Source: a virus
Reading direction: 5' to 3' (one strand)
DNA length: 64,000 bases
IMG/VR virus record: IMGVR_UViG_3300020109_000011
Coordinates: 1 to 64,000 of that record
Positions 1-8,594 of the stretch are shown here, one piece after another (the stretch's first letter is position 1; each line of letters opens with the position of its first letter). The translations under genes and the position numbers were made by a program. The notes under the pieces were generated by a model. The model was given only the letters and a program-made list of their open reading frames with translations, searched no databases and had not been told where the DNA came from.

Positions 1-2
1 CG

Positions 3-206
3 GTGATCTTCCAGCCACCGGTCAAGAACTCGAACGACAAGTTCCAGAAGGCCAACACCCGGCCCGGATCCGTGCGCTGGGCGAACAACATGCAGCACGC
101 GCCGGTCGAGGAGAACACCCAGCTGACCTGGCACTACCCGGGCACCGGGTGCCTGCCCAAGGTCGTGCTGGACTTCATGGCCGAGCAGGGGACGCTGCCG
201 CAGTGA
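3..206 (+). CDS. Hypothetical protein, 5'-truncated by the window
   Basis: GC3-rich codons; stop overlaps the next start (GTGA 203-206). Confidence 0.6.
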   Translation: MIFQPPVKNSNDKFQKANTRPGSVRWANNMQHAPVEENTQLTWHYPGTGCLPKVVLDFMAEQGTLPQ

Positions 207-505
207 GCACGCCGGAGCAGCCCACCCTGGACCAGCTGGAGCAGCAGGGACCCATCGCCGGGCCCACCGTGATGACCCGCGCCAACCGCGAGGGCCTGCG
301 CAAGGCCGTGGCCAAGGCGAAGTCCTGGTTCAAGCCCGGCGTCTCGGCCGAGACGGCCATCAAGGCCGCCGTGGTGGTCTACCTCAACGAGTGGGCGAAG
401 ACCTATGGCCAGGGCGTGCAGGCCAGCCACCTCACGAGCACCGAGCGCACGATCCTGTCCATCCGCCAGGACACCGTGCAGCAGATCCTGCGCGAGCTCG
501 CCTAG
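203..505 (+). CDS. Hypothetical protein (MSTPEQPTLDQLE...)
   Basis: GTGA coupling with the previous ORF; good codon bias. Confidence 0.7.
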   Translation: MSTPEQPTLDQLEQQGPIAGPTVMTRANREGLRKAVAKAKSWFKPGVSAETAIKAAVVVYLNEWAKTYGQGVQASHLTSTERTILSIRQDTVQQILRELA

Positions 506-570
506 CGTGGCGGCGCGCTCCCGGTGGCCGCTGGGTCGCCACCGGGAGCGCGCGCTGCCAGCATGACCGC

Positions 571-867
571 ATGGCGCTCGGTCTGCGAGAGGTCGTGCGG
601 CGGCTGGGCTACCACCGCCCCACGGCGCGCACCATCCCGGTCTTCGAGGAGAACCGGCACCTCGCCATCGAGCTCATGCTGCACTGGGACGAGAACCTGC
701 CCGAGGGGTTCGAGAAGGACCAGTGCCTGCTCCGGCTTCAGGAGGCCCTGATGTGGGCCAACGGCGCGGTCGCCTGCAACACCGGCCCGGGCGAGGACCC
801 GTTGCCGCACTCGATGCCGCCGGGTCACGGTGAGAGCGGGCCGCCGCCGGGCGCCAACCTGGGCTGA
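571..867 (+). CDS. Acb2/Tad1-like helical hairpin protein (putative cyclic-nucleotide sponge)
   Basis: RLGYHRP...LPEGFEKDQCLLRLQEALMWANGAVACN resembles the P.xREKSLAxTKLEEAxxWANAAIAR family pattern. Confidence 0.6.
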   Translation: MALGLREVVRRLGYHRPTARTIPVFEENRHLAIELMLHWDENLPEGFEKDQCLLRLQEALMWANGAVACNTGPGEDPLPHSMPPGHGESGPPPGANLG

Positions 868-924
868 GACGTGTCAACCGGTAGCGTGTGAGCGACCACG
901 CCGCGCTACCGCTGGAGGCCCTGA

Positions 925-1854
925 GTGGCAACGACCGACGGCCTGAAGCTGCTGATCCCCGAGCTCACGGACACCGCCGATGGGCCGGACGCGATCAGCG
1001 ACCTGGCCAACGGTGTCGAGGACTACGTCTACGACCGGCAGCTGCCCACCGGAGTCACCCGGTACCCGGTGCACCACTGGGGCTCGGGGACCAGCTTCCC
1101 GACGGTCGGCCAGGGCGTGAAGGTCGGGGACACCTACACGCACACCGGCATCGGCGCGATGTTCCGCTTCACCGGAGTGGGCACCATCCAGTGGGCCCAG
1201 GTGTCGGTTCCCGAGGTCTCCGGCCTCGCGCCGCTGAACGCGATCTCGTCCAACTACGGCTCGCTGCTGCCCTCGGGCTTCCTGGTCCGGCGGACGGACT
1301 GGCAGTTCGAGATGGCCTGGGACCCGCTGGCGGGCACCTCGGGGAAGTGGGTCTTCAAGAAGCACTACGGCGAGAAGAACCCGACCGGGATCACGAACAC
1401 CGGGCCGAGTGCGCACTGGGCGGTCCAGCCGTGCGCCGTGCCCTTCGGATCCGGCCTCCAGCGCTTCCACGGCTTCACCTTCCGGCGGGGCAACAACGGC
1501 CTGGTCAGCTGGGACAACACGAACAAGCAGTTCACGGTCAACGTCGAGGGCATCTACGCGATCACGCTGTTCTCCTTCATCGACCTGCCCGGCTACCGCA
1601 GCCAGTTCCAGCGGCTGGTCACCAGCACGGCCGCCATCACCAGCGCGGGCGATGTCGAGGACCACCGTCTCTACGCTCCGGGCACCTCGTTCCCCGGCTG
1701 CAACACCGCGCGGCACCCGCTGTCCGTCACGACCTACCTGAAGGAGGCGTCCACGGTCTACGGGGACATGGACTGCTACGGGACCGGGGTGGTCGCCAAC
1801 GGGACCAACGTCAACTGGGACGTCTACTTCGGCTTTCAGCTGATCGGGAGTTGA
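925..1854 (+). CDS. Minor tail / tail-fibre-like protein
   Basis: N-term LxxPELTDTADGPDAISDLANGVE typical of actinophage fibre N-termini; beta-rich C1q-like C-term (FTVNVEGIYAITL); GGAGG upstream. Confidence 0.55.
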   Translation: MATTDGLKLLIPELTDTADGPDAISDLANGVEDYVYDRQLPTGVTRYPVHHWGSGTSFPTVGQGVKVGDTYTHTGIGAMFRFTGVGTIQWAQVSVPEVSGLAPLNAISSNYGSLLPSGFLVRRTDWQFEMAWDPLAGTSGKWVFKKHYGEKNPTGITNTGPSAHWAVQPCAVPFGSGLQRFHGFTFRRGNNGLVSWDNTNKQFTVNVEGIYAITLFSFIDLPGYRSQFQRLVTSTAAITSAGDVEDHRLYAPGTSFPGCNTARHPLSVTTYLKEASTVYGDMDCYGTGVVANGTNVNWDVYFGFQLIGS

Positions 1855-1862
1855 TCAACACC

Positions 1863-2129
1863 ATGCCCCCTGCATCGCGCCAGCCCGAGCCGGACACCGC
1901 TCCCCGGGTCGGGGAGTACGTCCGGTTCCACGGGGACCCGGAGCGCCTGAGCGAGGCCCTGGCCACCTACAACGGCCGAGAGGCCAAGGTCGAGGGCATC
2001 AACGGCCAGAACATCACTCTCCGGCCGCACCGCTACGGGCCCGAGGACCCCAGGCCCCAGCTGGTCGAGGCCACACTGGACCAGGTCTACGTGGAGCAGT
2101 GGCAGCTGGACGCCAGGAACGGAGCCTGA
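1863..2129 (+). CDS. Hypothetical small beta-barrel (SH3/KOW-like) protein
   Basis: ATG at 1863 in ORF 888..2129; PRVGEYVRF..GREAKVEGI. Confidence 0.6.
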   Translation: MPPASRQPEPDTAPRVGEYVRFHGDPERLSEALATYNGREAKVEGINGQNITLRPHRYGPEDPRPQLVEATLDQVYVEQWQLDARNGA

Positions 2130-2131
2130 CC

Positions 2132-2332
2132 GTGTCAACCACCCCCGGGATGCCGGACGAGCCGGAAGACGCTCTGCACGAGCTCTCCGATGACGACTAC
2201 TTCGACGCCCTGGCCGAGATGCCCGAGGTGCTGGACGCCTCCGGCAAGCCGGTGACCGGGCTGTTCGATGACGTGACCGACGCCCGGGAGTCCAAGGCCC
2301 GGGCGAAGGCCGCCGGGGAGGGCAAGGCGTGA
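2132..2332 (+). CDS. Small acidic hypothetical protein
   Basis: Start GTG 2132 (or ATG 2150); GTGA overlap with the endolysin start. Confidence 0.55.
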   Translation: MSTTPGMPDEPEDALHELSDDDYFDALAEMPEVLDASGKPVTGLFDDVTDARESKARAKAAGEGKA

Positions 2333-3264
2333 GCACGCAGGTCGGGTACTACGAGGCCTTCCGCGACACGATGCGCGGCTGGGGCTTCACCGTGCACGAG
2401 GTGGCCGGGTGGCACACCCGTGACGCCGAGCCGCGCACCCCCTACACCCCCGGGAAGCTCTACGTCGAGCACCACGACGCCTCCACGCTGCTGTCGGGCA
2501 ACTGGGGCGCGCTGGCCTACATCACCCGGAACAACCTGGCGAACATCGTCACCGCGCGGGACGGGCAGATCATGCTCAACGCCGCCGGGGTGCAGTGGCA
2601 CGCCGGGGTCGGTGGACCCTTCGCCGACGTGGCCCGCAACCTCGGGAACCCGGCTTCGCTGGGCAACGAGGTGTGCAACTCCGGCCGCGAGGCCTACTCG
2701 CCGGGGTGCACGGCCGCCGTCATCGCCTCGGAGGCCGCCTGGGCCATCGTGTCCGGCCGCCAGGCCGACCTCGCGCGGATCCGGGGCCACAAGGAGTGGG
2801 CGACCCCGCCCGGCCGCAAGACCGACCCCTCGCTCAACATGGACACCCGGCGCCAGCAGGTCGCCGACTTCATCGCGGGCAAGACCGGCCAGCTGCCGCC
2901 GCTGCCGCGCCCCGTGCCCGCTCCCGCGCCTCCACCGGCCCCGGCCCCGGCCATCCCGCCGATGCCCGCGCCGTTCCGCTGGGCGCTGCCGCGCGGCCAC
3001 TACTACGGCCACAAGGACGGCCCGGCGCAGTCGCACGGCGGGTACTACGCCAGCGAGCGCGACGAGGTGCAGTGGATCCAGCGGAAGTTCATCGCGCTGG
3101 GCTGCGTGGCCGGGATCCGGGACTGGCGCTCGGGCTGGGCCGACGGGCTCTGGGAGGACGCCACCACGGCCGCCTGCCGGGTGTTCTTCAGCCGGTTCCG
3201 CGCCAGCCAGCCGATCCACACCCAGATCTGGTCCGACGACTACGCCGCGATGGTCCGCCTGTAG
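2329..3264 (+). CDS. Endolysin, N-acetylmuramoyl-L-alanine amidase with Pro-rich linker and C-terminal cell-wall-binding domain
   Basis: Zn-amidase motifs EHHDA, QWHAG, GNE, GHKEW..RKTDP; PAPAP linker; VQWIQRK..ADGLW peptidoglycan-binding-like tail. Confidence 0.9.
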   Translation: MSTQVGYYEAFRDTMRGWGFTVHEVAGWHTRDAEPRTPYTPGKLYVEHHDASTLLSGNWGALAYITRNNLANIVTARDGQIMLNAAGVQWHAGVGGPFADVARNLGNPASLGNEVCNSGREAYSPGCTAAVIASEAAWAIVSGRQADLARIRGHKEWATPPGRKTDPSLNMDTRRQQVADFIAGKTGQLPPLPRPVPAPAPPPAPAPAIPPMPAPFRWALPRGHYYGHKDGPAQSHGGYYASERDEVQWIQRKFIALGCVAGIRDWRSGWADGLWEDATTAACRVFFSRFRASQPIHTQIWSDDYAAMVRL

Positions 3265-3304
3265 CTGTACCCTGGCTGCTGTCGGACGCGGTCGCGCGCA
3301 CCGA

Positions 3305-3351
3305 ACGGCCCCCGCCCCCAGGTCTGCGTCACAGCCCCGGGCGGGGGCCGT
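3305..3351. terminator. Hairpin between convergent genes (likely bidirectional terminator)
   Basis: 13-bp inverted repeat acggcccccgccc / gggcgggggccgt. Confidence 0.6.
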
Positions 3352-3364
3352 CGCGTGTCCGGGG

Positions 3365-3526
3365 TCAGGCCGGGGTCAGCACCGGCCGCAGCCGGGCCAA
3401 GATCCGGGGATCGCGCTCGGTGCGGGTGCGCACCACGTCCTCGCCGGTCAGCCGGTCCTCCATGATCACGCCGTCCGGGATGGTCAGGCAGAGGCCGAAG
3501 TAGCGGGGCCGTGGGGTGCGGCGCAT
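3365..3526 (-). CDS. Small hypothetical protein, 53 aa (MRRTPRPRYFGLCLTIPDG...), not in the ORF track
   Basis: Manual translation; GC3-biased codons; ends near the hairpin. Confidence 0.5.
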   Translation of the reverse strand: MRRTPRPRYFGLCLTIPDGVIMEDRLTGEDVVRTRTERDPRILARLRPVLTPA

Positions 3527-3545
3527 GGAGGCTCCCGGGGGTTTC

Positions 3546-3566
3546 GTTGACAGTTGTGCGCATACT
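3546..3566 (+). promoter_or_regulatory. Leaderless promoter GTTGACA-N8-CATACT-N6-ATG
   Basis: Same geometry as the MTQT promoter family. Confidence 0.7.
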
Positions 3567-3572
3567 TACCCC

Positions 3573-3836
3573 ATGACGCAGCCTGGAGCAACGAACCCGA
3601 CGCCCAAGCGCCCCACCAGTCCCCCGCGCCCCACGCCTCGCCCTGGTCCGGGCACGCGGGTCCGCTACGACAGCCTGCCCGAGGTCGGCGTGGTGGTCGA
3701 GAGCGACGACTTCATGGACACCCTCCAGCGCCGGGGGACACCCATCTCCTCGCAGGTGCTCGTGGAGTGGCCGCGCGACGGCTTCCCCGTGCAGGTCTGG
3801 GAGCTCGTGGGCGCGCTGACCATCGTCCGGGACTGA
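3573..3836 (+). CDS. Hypothetical protein (MTQPGATNP...)
   Basis: ATG 6 nt after CATACT; begins ATGACGCAG like the MTQT genes. Confidence 0.7.
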   Translation: MTQPGATNPTPKRPTSPPRPTPRPGPGTRVRYDSLPEVGVVVESDDFMDTLQRRGTPISSQVLVEWPRDGFPVQVWELVGALTIVRD

Positions 3837-3906
3837 TCACGGCCCTGTGACCTGCGGCCGGTACCTTCCGAGGTACCGGCCGTTGTCGTCTGGCGAGGGG
3901 GACGCT

Positions 3907-4281
3907 GTGCGCGACGCGCAGGGGGAGCAGCCCGACCGGCCCGTCTTCTACCGGATCGACGTGGCCAACGTGACCCGGATGACGGCCCCCCGCTACGGGA
4001 CGATCACCTACACCGACCGGAACTCGGTGCACGTGCTGGCCGGGCACGGAGATCTTCTGCTGATCGGCCCGATGGGCGTGAACTACCACGTCGAGGGCTC
4101 GAACAACGACGTGATCTTCCTGCGGCGCTGGGACCAGCCCACCGTGAAAGGTCACGGGCACACAACGATCTTCAGAACGCTGAGGGGTGAGAGCCCCGGC
4201 AACACCTACAAGGGGCCCGAGACCACTCCTGCGCCCGCGCACCGGCCCTTCGTGGCGCCTGGACGGCCCCGGCGCCCGTAG
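3907..4281 (+). CDS. Hypothetical protein
   Basis: GTG preceded by GAGGGGG; good codon bias. Confidence 0.6.
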   Translation: MRDAQGEQPDRPVFYRIDVANVTRMTAPRYGTITYTDRNSVHVLAGHGDLLLIGPMGVNYHVEGSNNDVIFLRRWDQPTVKGHGHTTIFRTLRGESPGNTYKGPETTPAPAHRPFVAPGRPRRP

Positions 4282-4290
4282 CCTGGCAGC

Positions 4291-5904
4291 GTGTCAACCG
4301 CCGTGGCCGGAGACCTCTCCCTGGAGCAGCAGGTCGCGCTGCTCCCGCTGGAGACCCAGGAGCAGGTGCTGGCGGACCTGGACCTGAACACCCTGCCCTG
4401 GGACTGGAAGTGGACCGCCCGGCCCTCGCAAGTGCTCCCGCTGGAGCCCGTGGGCGAGGGCGCGGACTGGTCGGCGGCTCTGTTCAACGGCGGCCGAGGC
4501 ACCGGGAAGACCCGCTCGGGCAACGAGTTCGTGCGCGAGCTCGATGAGCGCTGGCACACGCTGGGCCGCGACCCCGGACAGCAGCTGCGCATCTGCCTGC
4601 TGGGCCGCACCGCCGGGGACGTGCGGGACACGATCCTCAACGGGCCCTCGGGCCTGCTGAACATCTACCCGCCGAGCCAGCAGGACGAGGTGGAGTGGAT
4701 CTCCAGCCAGCGCCGTGTCAACCTGCCCGGCGGCGGCTTCGCGCTGTGCTTCTCGGCCGAGGAGCCCGACCAGCTGCGTGGCCCGGCCTTCCACTTCGGC
4801 TGGGCCGACGAGCTCGCGGCATACAAGCAGGTCAAGGGCCAGGGCGAGCTCGATGCCTGGACCAACATGCGGATCGCCACCCGTCTCGGGCTGGTCCCGC
4901 AGGTCATCGCCACCACCACGCCGAAGCGCGTGAAGATCCTCCGGGAGTTCATCGCCGAGATCCTGGCGAACCCCGGCAAGATGCTGATGCGCACCGGGAA
5001 GACCACGGACAACGTCCACCTGTCCGAGAACTACCTGGACACCCTCTACGCGCTCTACGGGAACACCACGCTGGGCTCCCAGGAGCTCGATGGCGAGATG
5101 CTGGATGCCGTCCAGGGCGCCACGGCCGACGTGCAGACCATCGAGGACAACCGGGTCACGAAGCTGCCCGTGCTGCCGCCCTCGGTGAAGTGGGCCCGCA
5201 TCGTGGCCGTGGACCCCTCGGTGGCCGAGAAGCCCGGCGACGAGTGCGGCATCGTCGTGATCTACGTGCCGCTGACCCAGCCGATCCTCAACCGGCACGC
5301 CTACATCGTGGACGACCTCTCGCTGCGCGGGTCCCCGACGCTGTGGGGCGACCGGGTGGTCAAGGCGGCGATGAAGCACAAGGCCGTGGTCGTGGTCGAG
5401 AACAACCAGGGCGGGGCCCTGGTCAAGCGGGTGATCAAGGAGCGGGCCGCCGCGCACGACATCGCGCCGCCGAAGATCCGCGAGGTCTGGTCCTCCAAGG
5501 CCAAGGCCGTGCGCGCCGAGCCCATCGGAGCGGCCTACCAGCGCGGCCGGATCCACCACCTGAACACCCTGGCCGAGCTCGAAGACCAGGTGTCCAGCTG
5601 GACCCCGGAGGACAAGGGCTACTCCCCCGACCGCCTGGACGCGCTGGTGCACGGCCTGAGCGCGGTGCTGTTCCCGGAGGGCATGGTCGGCGGCGGCGTG
5701 CCGGGGTCGGCCACCACGCACTCGCCGGTCGGGATCGCGCTGCCACGCACGCGCGCCACCACCGAGCGCCGGGCCCAGGGCCTGCGCATCGACACCTCCG
5801 GCGGCCGGTCCGGTGTCAACCGGCGCGCCTCCGGTCTGGGCGTGCCCGGCGGCTACCGTCCGGGTCTGGTGGTCCCGCGCCGTGTCCTGGGAGGGAAGAA
5901 GTGA
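4291..5904 (+). CDS. terL: Terminase large subunit
   Basis: Walker A GGRGTGKT, LRGP..WADE Walker B, ATTTP motif, RNase-H-like nuclease VAVDPS ... SPDRLDALV. Confidence 0.95.
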   Translation: MSTAVAGDLSLEQQVALLPLETQEQVLADLDLNTLPWDWKWTARPSQVLPLEPVGEGADWSAALFNGGRGTGKTRSGNEFVRELDERWHTLGRDPGQQLRICLLGRTAGDVRDTILNGPSGLLNIYPPSQQDEVEWISSQRRVNLPGGGFALCFSAEEPDQLRGPAFHFGWADELAAYKQVKGQGELDAWTNMRIATRLGLVPQVIATTTPKRVKILREFIAEILANPGKMLMRTGKTTDNVHLSENYLDTLYALYGNTTLGSQELDGEMLDAVQGATADVQTIEDNRVTKLPVLPPSVKWARIVAVDPSVAEKPGDECGIVVIYVPLTQPILNRHAYIVDDLSLRGSPTLWGDRVVKAAMKHKAVVVVENNQGGALVKRVIKERAAAHDIAPPKIREVWSSKAKAVRAEPIGAAYQRGRIHHLNTLAELEDQVSSWTPEDKGYSPDRLDALVHGLSAVLFPEGMVGGGVPGSATTHSPVGIALPRTRATTERRAQGLRIDTSGGRSGVNRRASGLGVPGGYRPGLVVPRRVLGGKK

Positions 5905-6695
5905 CCTCGCCCGCCTACCGGATCCCGGCCGACTACCCGCCGGACCAGGTGCCGCCCCAGCCCGCTCGCCCAGCGGGTCCGCAGGCCCAGGCGGTGGTCG
6001 AGGCCCAGGAGTTCGAGGTCGGGGCCGTGGAGCCCGCGCTGGCGGCCTTCATCGCGGCCGTGCTGGCCTACTCCCGGGGGTCGGGGCACCTGATGGGCTC
6101 CCCGTTCACCGTGGCCCAGAAGGTCGGCTACTACGCCGCCGTGGCCGGGATCCTGCGGGCCATCGCCGCGCGCTCCCTGGAGCACCAGCGGGCCTGGAAC
6201 GGGCGCCGAGCGGCCGAGGAGTTGTGGACCGGGCAGGACGCCGGGATCGCAGCCGGTGAGGCCGCCGGGCTCCGGACGCTCTCGCAGGCCGCCCGGGTCA
6301 TCGCGCGCAAGGCGCGGCAGGACGAGGCGGCCGGGGGCAGCCCGGGGATCTCGCTGCCGGGGGAGCCCTACGACCCCACCGCGCCGGACACCGCCCAGAC
6401 CTACTCCGACCCCGGACAGATCGCGCTCCCGGTCGTGCAGTCCACCCGGCACGCGGCCCAGCTGGGGGCGGCCAGCGAGGCGGGCTGGACGCGCAAGACC
6501 TGGGTGGACATGCACGACACCCGGGTGCGCGCCAGCCACGCCTTCCTGGGCAGCCCGAAGTACGAGTTCCACACCGTGCCGATCCTGGAGCCCTTCGAGA
6601 CCATCGACGGGAACAAGCTCTGGTACCCCGGCGACACCTCGGCCCCGGTGCACGAGTGGATTCGGTGCCGCTGCTGGCTGAAGCTCTCCCGGTGA
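5901..6695 (+). CDS. MuF-like / phage head morphogenesis protein
   Basis: KTWVDMHDTRVRASH ... PF ... LWYPGDTSAPVHEWIRCRC MuF signature; GTGA overlap with terL. Confidence 0.85.
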   Translation: MTSPAYRIPADYPPDQVPPQPARPAGPQAQAVVEAQEFEVGAVEPALAAFIAAVLAYSRGSGHLMGSPFTVAQKVGYYAAVAGILRAIAARSLEHQRAWNGRRAAEELWTGQDAGIAAGEAAGLRTLSQAARVIARKARQDEAAGGSPGISLPGEPYDPTAPDTAQTYSDPGQIALPVVQSTRHAAQLGAASEAGWTRKTWVDMHDTRVRASHAFLGSPKYEFHTVPILEPFETIDGNKLWYPGDTSAPVHEWIRCRCWLKLSR

Positions 6696-6704
6696 CTCCG
6701 GTCT

Positions 6705-6726
6705 GGTTGACAGAACCTGGCATAGT
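6705..6726 (+). promoter_or_regulatory. Leaderless promoter GTTGACA-N8-CATAGT-N7-GTG
   Basis: Matches the promoter family geometry. Confidence 0.6.
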
Positions 6727-6733
6727 CCGGGCC

Positions 6734-6943
6734 GTGCCGCGCCGACCGTTCCCCCGCGTCCGGATGCAGGCCCGCCGGGTCTGGTTCGCGCTCCGGGAGA
6801 TCCGCTGGTGGGCTCTGCTCGCGCTGCTGACCGCGCTGCTCGGCGTGGTGCTCGCAGTGGTGCAGGTCCGGCTGCCGGTGATCCAGGCCGTCGCGGCGCT
6901 GTCCATCACCCTCGCCATCCTGGCGACGAAGGAGGAGCCGTGA
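6734..6943 (+). CDS. Small two-TM membrane protein
   Basis: Two hydrophobic stretches; GTG after the promoter. Confidence 0.65.
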   Translation: MPRRPFPRVRMQARRVWFALREIRWWALLALLTALLGVVLAVVQVRLPVIQAVAALSITLAILATKEEP

Positions 6944-7245
6944 GCGACAAGATCCCCGAGGGCCTGGAGGTCCAGGACGCCCGGAAGAAGCCGGTCACCG
7001 TGCAGACGGTGCTGGTCACGCCCGACAACCTGGCCAGCATCGTGGAGTGGATCGTGATCAACGGTCACCACGCGGTCCTGGACACCGACCAGCTGACCAT
7101 CCAGACGCTGGAGGGCCCGTTCGTGGCCCGGCCGGGCGACCAGGTCATGCGCGGCATCCAGGGCGAGTTCTACCGCCACGAGGGCGGGGACTTCTTCAAG
7201 GAGGCCTACGACATCATCGGCCCGCACGTCTCGACCGACGCCTGA
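6940..7245 (+). CDS. Conserved phage protein (RKKPV...TLEG...PGD...GEFY family)
   Basis: RKKPVTVQ, IQTLEGPFVARPGDQVMRGIQGEFY, FFKEAY; SD GGAGG. Confidence 0.8.
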   Translation: MSDKIPEGLEVQDARKKPVTVQTVLVTPDNLASIVEWIVINGHHAVLDTDQLTIQTLEGPFVARPGDQVMRGIQGEFYRHEGGDFFKEAYDIIGPHVSTDA

Positions 7246-7667
7246 TGTCCAGCGCCTTCGAGCAGTTCGACAAGCTGCTGGCCGAGTCGGTCATCGCCCG
7301 GCTGGGCGAGGAGGGCTCCAAGCGCCTGGCCGCGCTGCACGCCGCGCGCTCGGCGATGCCCGACGCGGACGTGTACGACCGGATCCGGCTGGCCCGGTAC
7401 ATCCTCACCGGCTTCGAGGACGCGCCGGAGATGATGACCGTGCGCACGGCGGACGGCAGCGTGCACGCCGTGTACGCCGAGCCCCAGGATCGCGTGGAGG
7501 GCGTCATGCCGGGCGAGGAGCCCCAGGAGGACCCGCAGCCGCTCACCGGAGTGGTCGGGCCGGACCCGGCCTTCGAGAAGCTGGTGGAGGAGTCCGAGGA
7601 GCAGGTTCCCGAGCGGGAGCCCGCGCCGTCCGAGGGCACCGGCTGGCTGGGGCGCCGAGGACGCTGA
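7245..7667 (+). CDS. Hypothetical protein
   Basis: TGATG coupling at both ends. Confidence 0.7.
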   Translation: MSSAFEQFDKLLAESVIARLGEEGSKRLAALHAARSAMPDADVYDRIRLARYILTGFEDAPEMMTVRTADGSVHAVYAEPQDRVEGVMPGEEPQEDPQPLTGVVGPDPAFEKLVEESEEQVPEREPAPSEGTGWLGRRGR

Positions 7668-7858
7668 TGGCCGGGCGCCTGATGAAGTTCCGGTGCAGCG
7701 CGTGCGGGACCGAGCACCACATCCCGCGCGCGCTGGCTGTGGACTGCCCCGTCGTGGGCTGTCAGGCGCCCGTCGGCCAGAAGTGCCTGGACCTGAGATC
7801 GAGCGACGGCAAGACCCGGTTGACACCCCACCCCGAGCGAGAGGCACTGCTGCCGTGA
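7667..7858 (+). CDS. Small zinc-finger protein
   Basis: CSAC, CPVVGC, C..PHPER. Confidence 0.7.
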   Translation: MAGRLMKFRCSACGTEHHIPRALAVDCPVVGCQAPVGQKCLDLRSSDGKTRLTPHPEREALLP

Positions 7859-8148
7859 AGCCCCTGATCCTGGTCCTGGCCAGTGCCCGGCTGACCCAGC
7901 TGGTCGTGGACGACGCGATCACCGAGCCGGTCCGCCGGGCCGTGGAGAAGAAGGGCAACGAGTCCGAGGGCTGGGGGCTCGTGGACGAGGGCATCAACTG
8001 CCACGCCTGCACCTCGGTCTGGGCGGGTGGCGGCGTGCTCACGGCAGAGCACGCCGGTCCGGTGGGACGCTTCCTGGTGCGCGTGCTCGCGCTGTCGCAG
8101 AGCGCGCTCATCCTGAAGGCCATCGTGGAGAGGATCGACCGAGGATGA
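7855..8148 (+). CDS. DUF1360-like membrane protein
   Basis: ARLTQLVVDDAITEPVR ... CHACTSVW pattern. Confidence 0.7.
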   Translation: MKPLILVLASARLTQLVVDDAITEPVRRAVEKKGNESEGWGLVDEGINCHACTSVWAGGGVLTAEHAGPVGRFLVRVLALSQSALILKAIVERIDRG

Positions 8149-8546
8149 CCGCCACCGCAGAGCCCGTCGTCCTGATCGCCGACCTGTTCCCCGGGGTCGT
8201 GCTGGACCGGGAGACCGGTCAGCGGGTGGACGGCGTGCCGAAGGGCGCGAAGCTGCACGTCATCGTGTCCACCACCGAGATCGCCATCGGCTGGGACGCC
8301 GGGACCATCGACGGGGTGGCCACCGTCGGCACGCTGTTCCTGTCCCTGGAGGGCATGGACATCGACAACCTGAGCCACAACGGCGGACCGGTCGGGCCCT
8401 ACGAGGTGAAGCGCGCGGGCGGCTGCTCGTGCGGCACCACGCTGAAGCGCTGGAACCCCTACGCCGGTCGCCCGATGACCCAGCTGGCGCGCGCACCGCG
8501 CGAGAGCAGCTACGGCCTGCCCCAGCGCTACAGCCGCTCGCGCTGA
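8145..8546 (+). CDS. Hypothetical protein
   Basis: ATGA overlap; GGCSCGTTLKRWNPY motif. Confidence 0.7.
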   Translation: MTATAEPVVLIADLFPGVVLDRETGQRVDGVPKGAKLHVIVSTTEIAIGWDAGTIDGVATVGTLFLSLEGMDIDNLSHNGGPVGPYEVKRAGGCSCGTTLKRWNPYAGRPMTQLARAPRESSYGLPQRYSRSR

Positions 8547-8567
8547 CCTGGCGCGGCCCGCGACGCC

Positions 8568-8588
8568 GTGTCAACCGGCCGCTACTCT
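8568..8588 (+). promoter_or_regulatory. Putative leaderless promoter of the head operon (GTGTCAACC-N6-TACTCT-N6-ATG)
   Basis: TAnnnT hexamer 6 nt before the portal ATG; 9-mer motif upstream. Confidence 0.55.
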
Positions 8589-8594
8589 GCTGGC

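Noticed and set aside
6940-7245. RKKPV/TLEG protein as an anti-defence sponge
   Set aside because: The resemblance to known sponge families is too vague to claim without a profile search.
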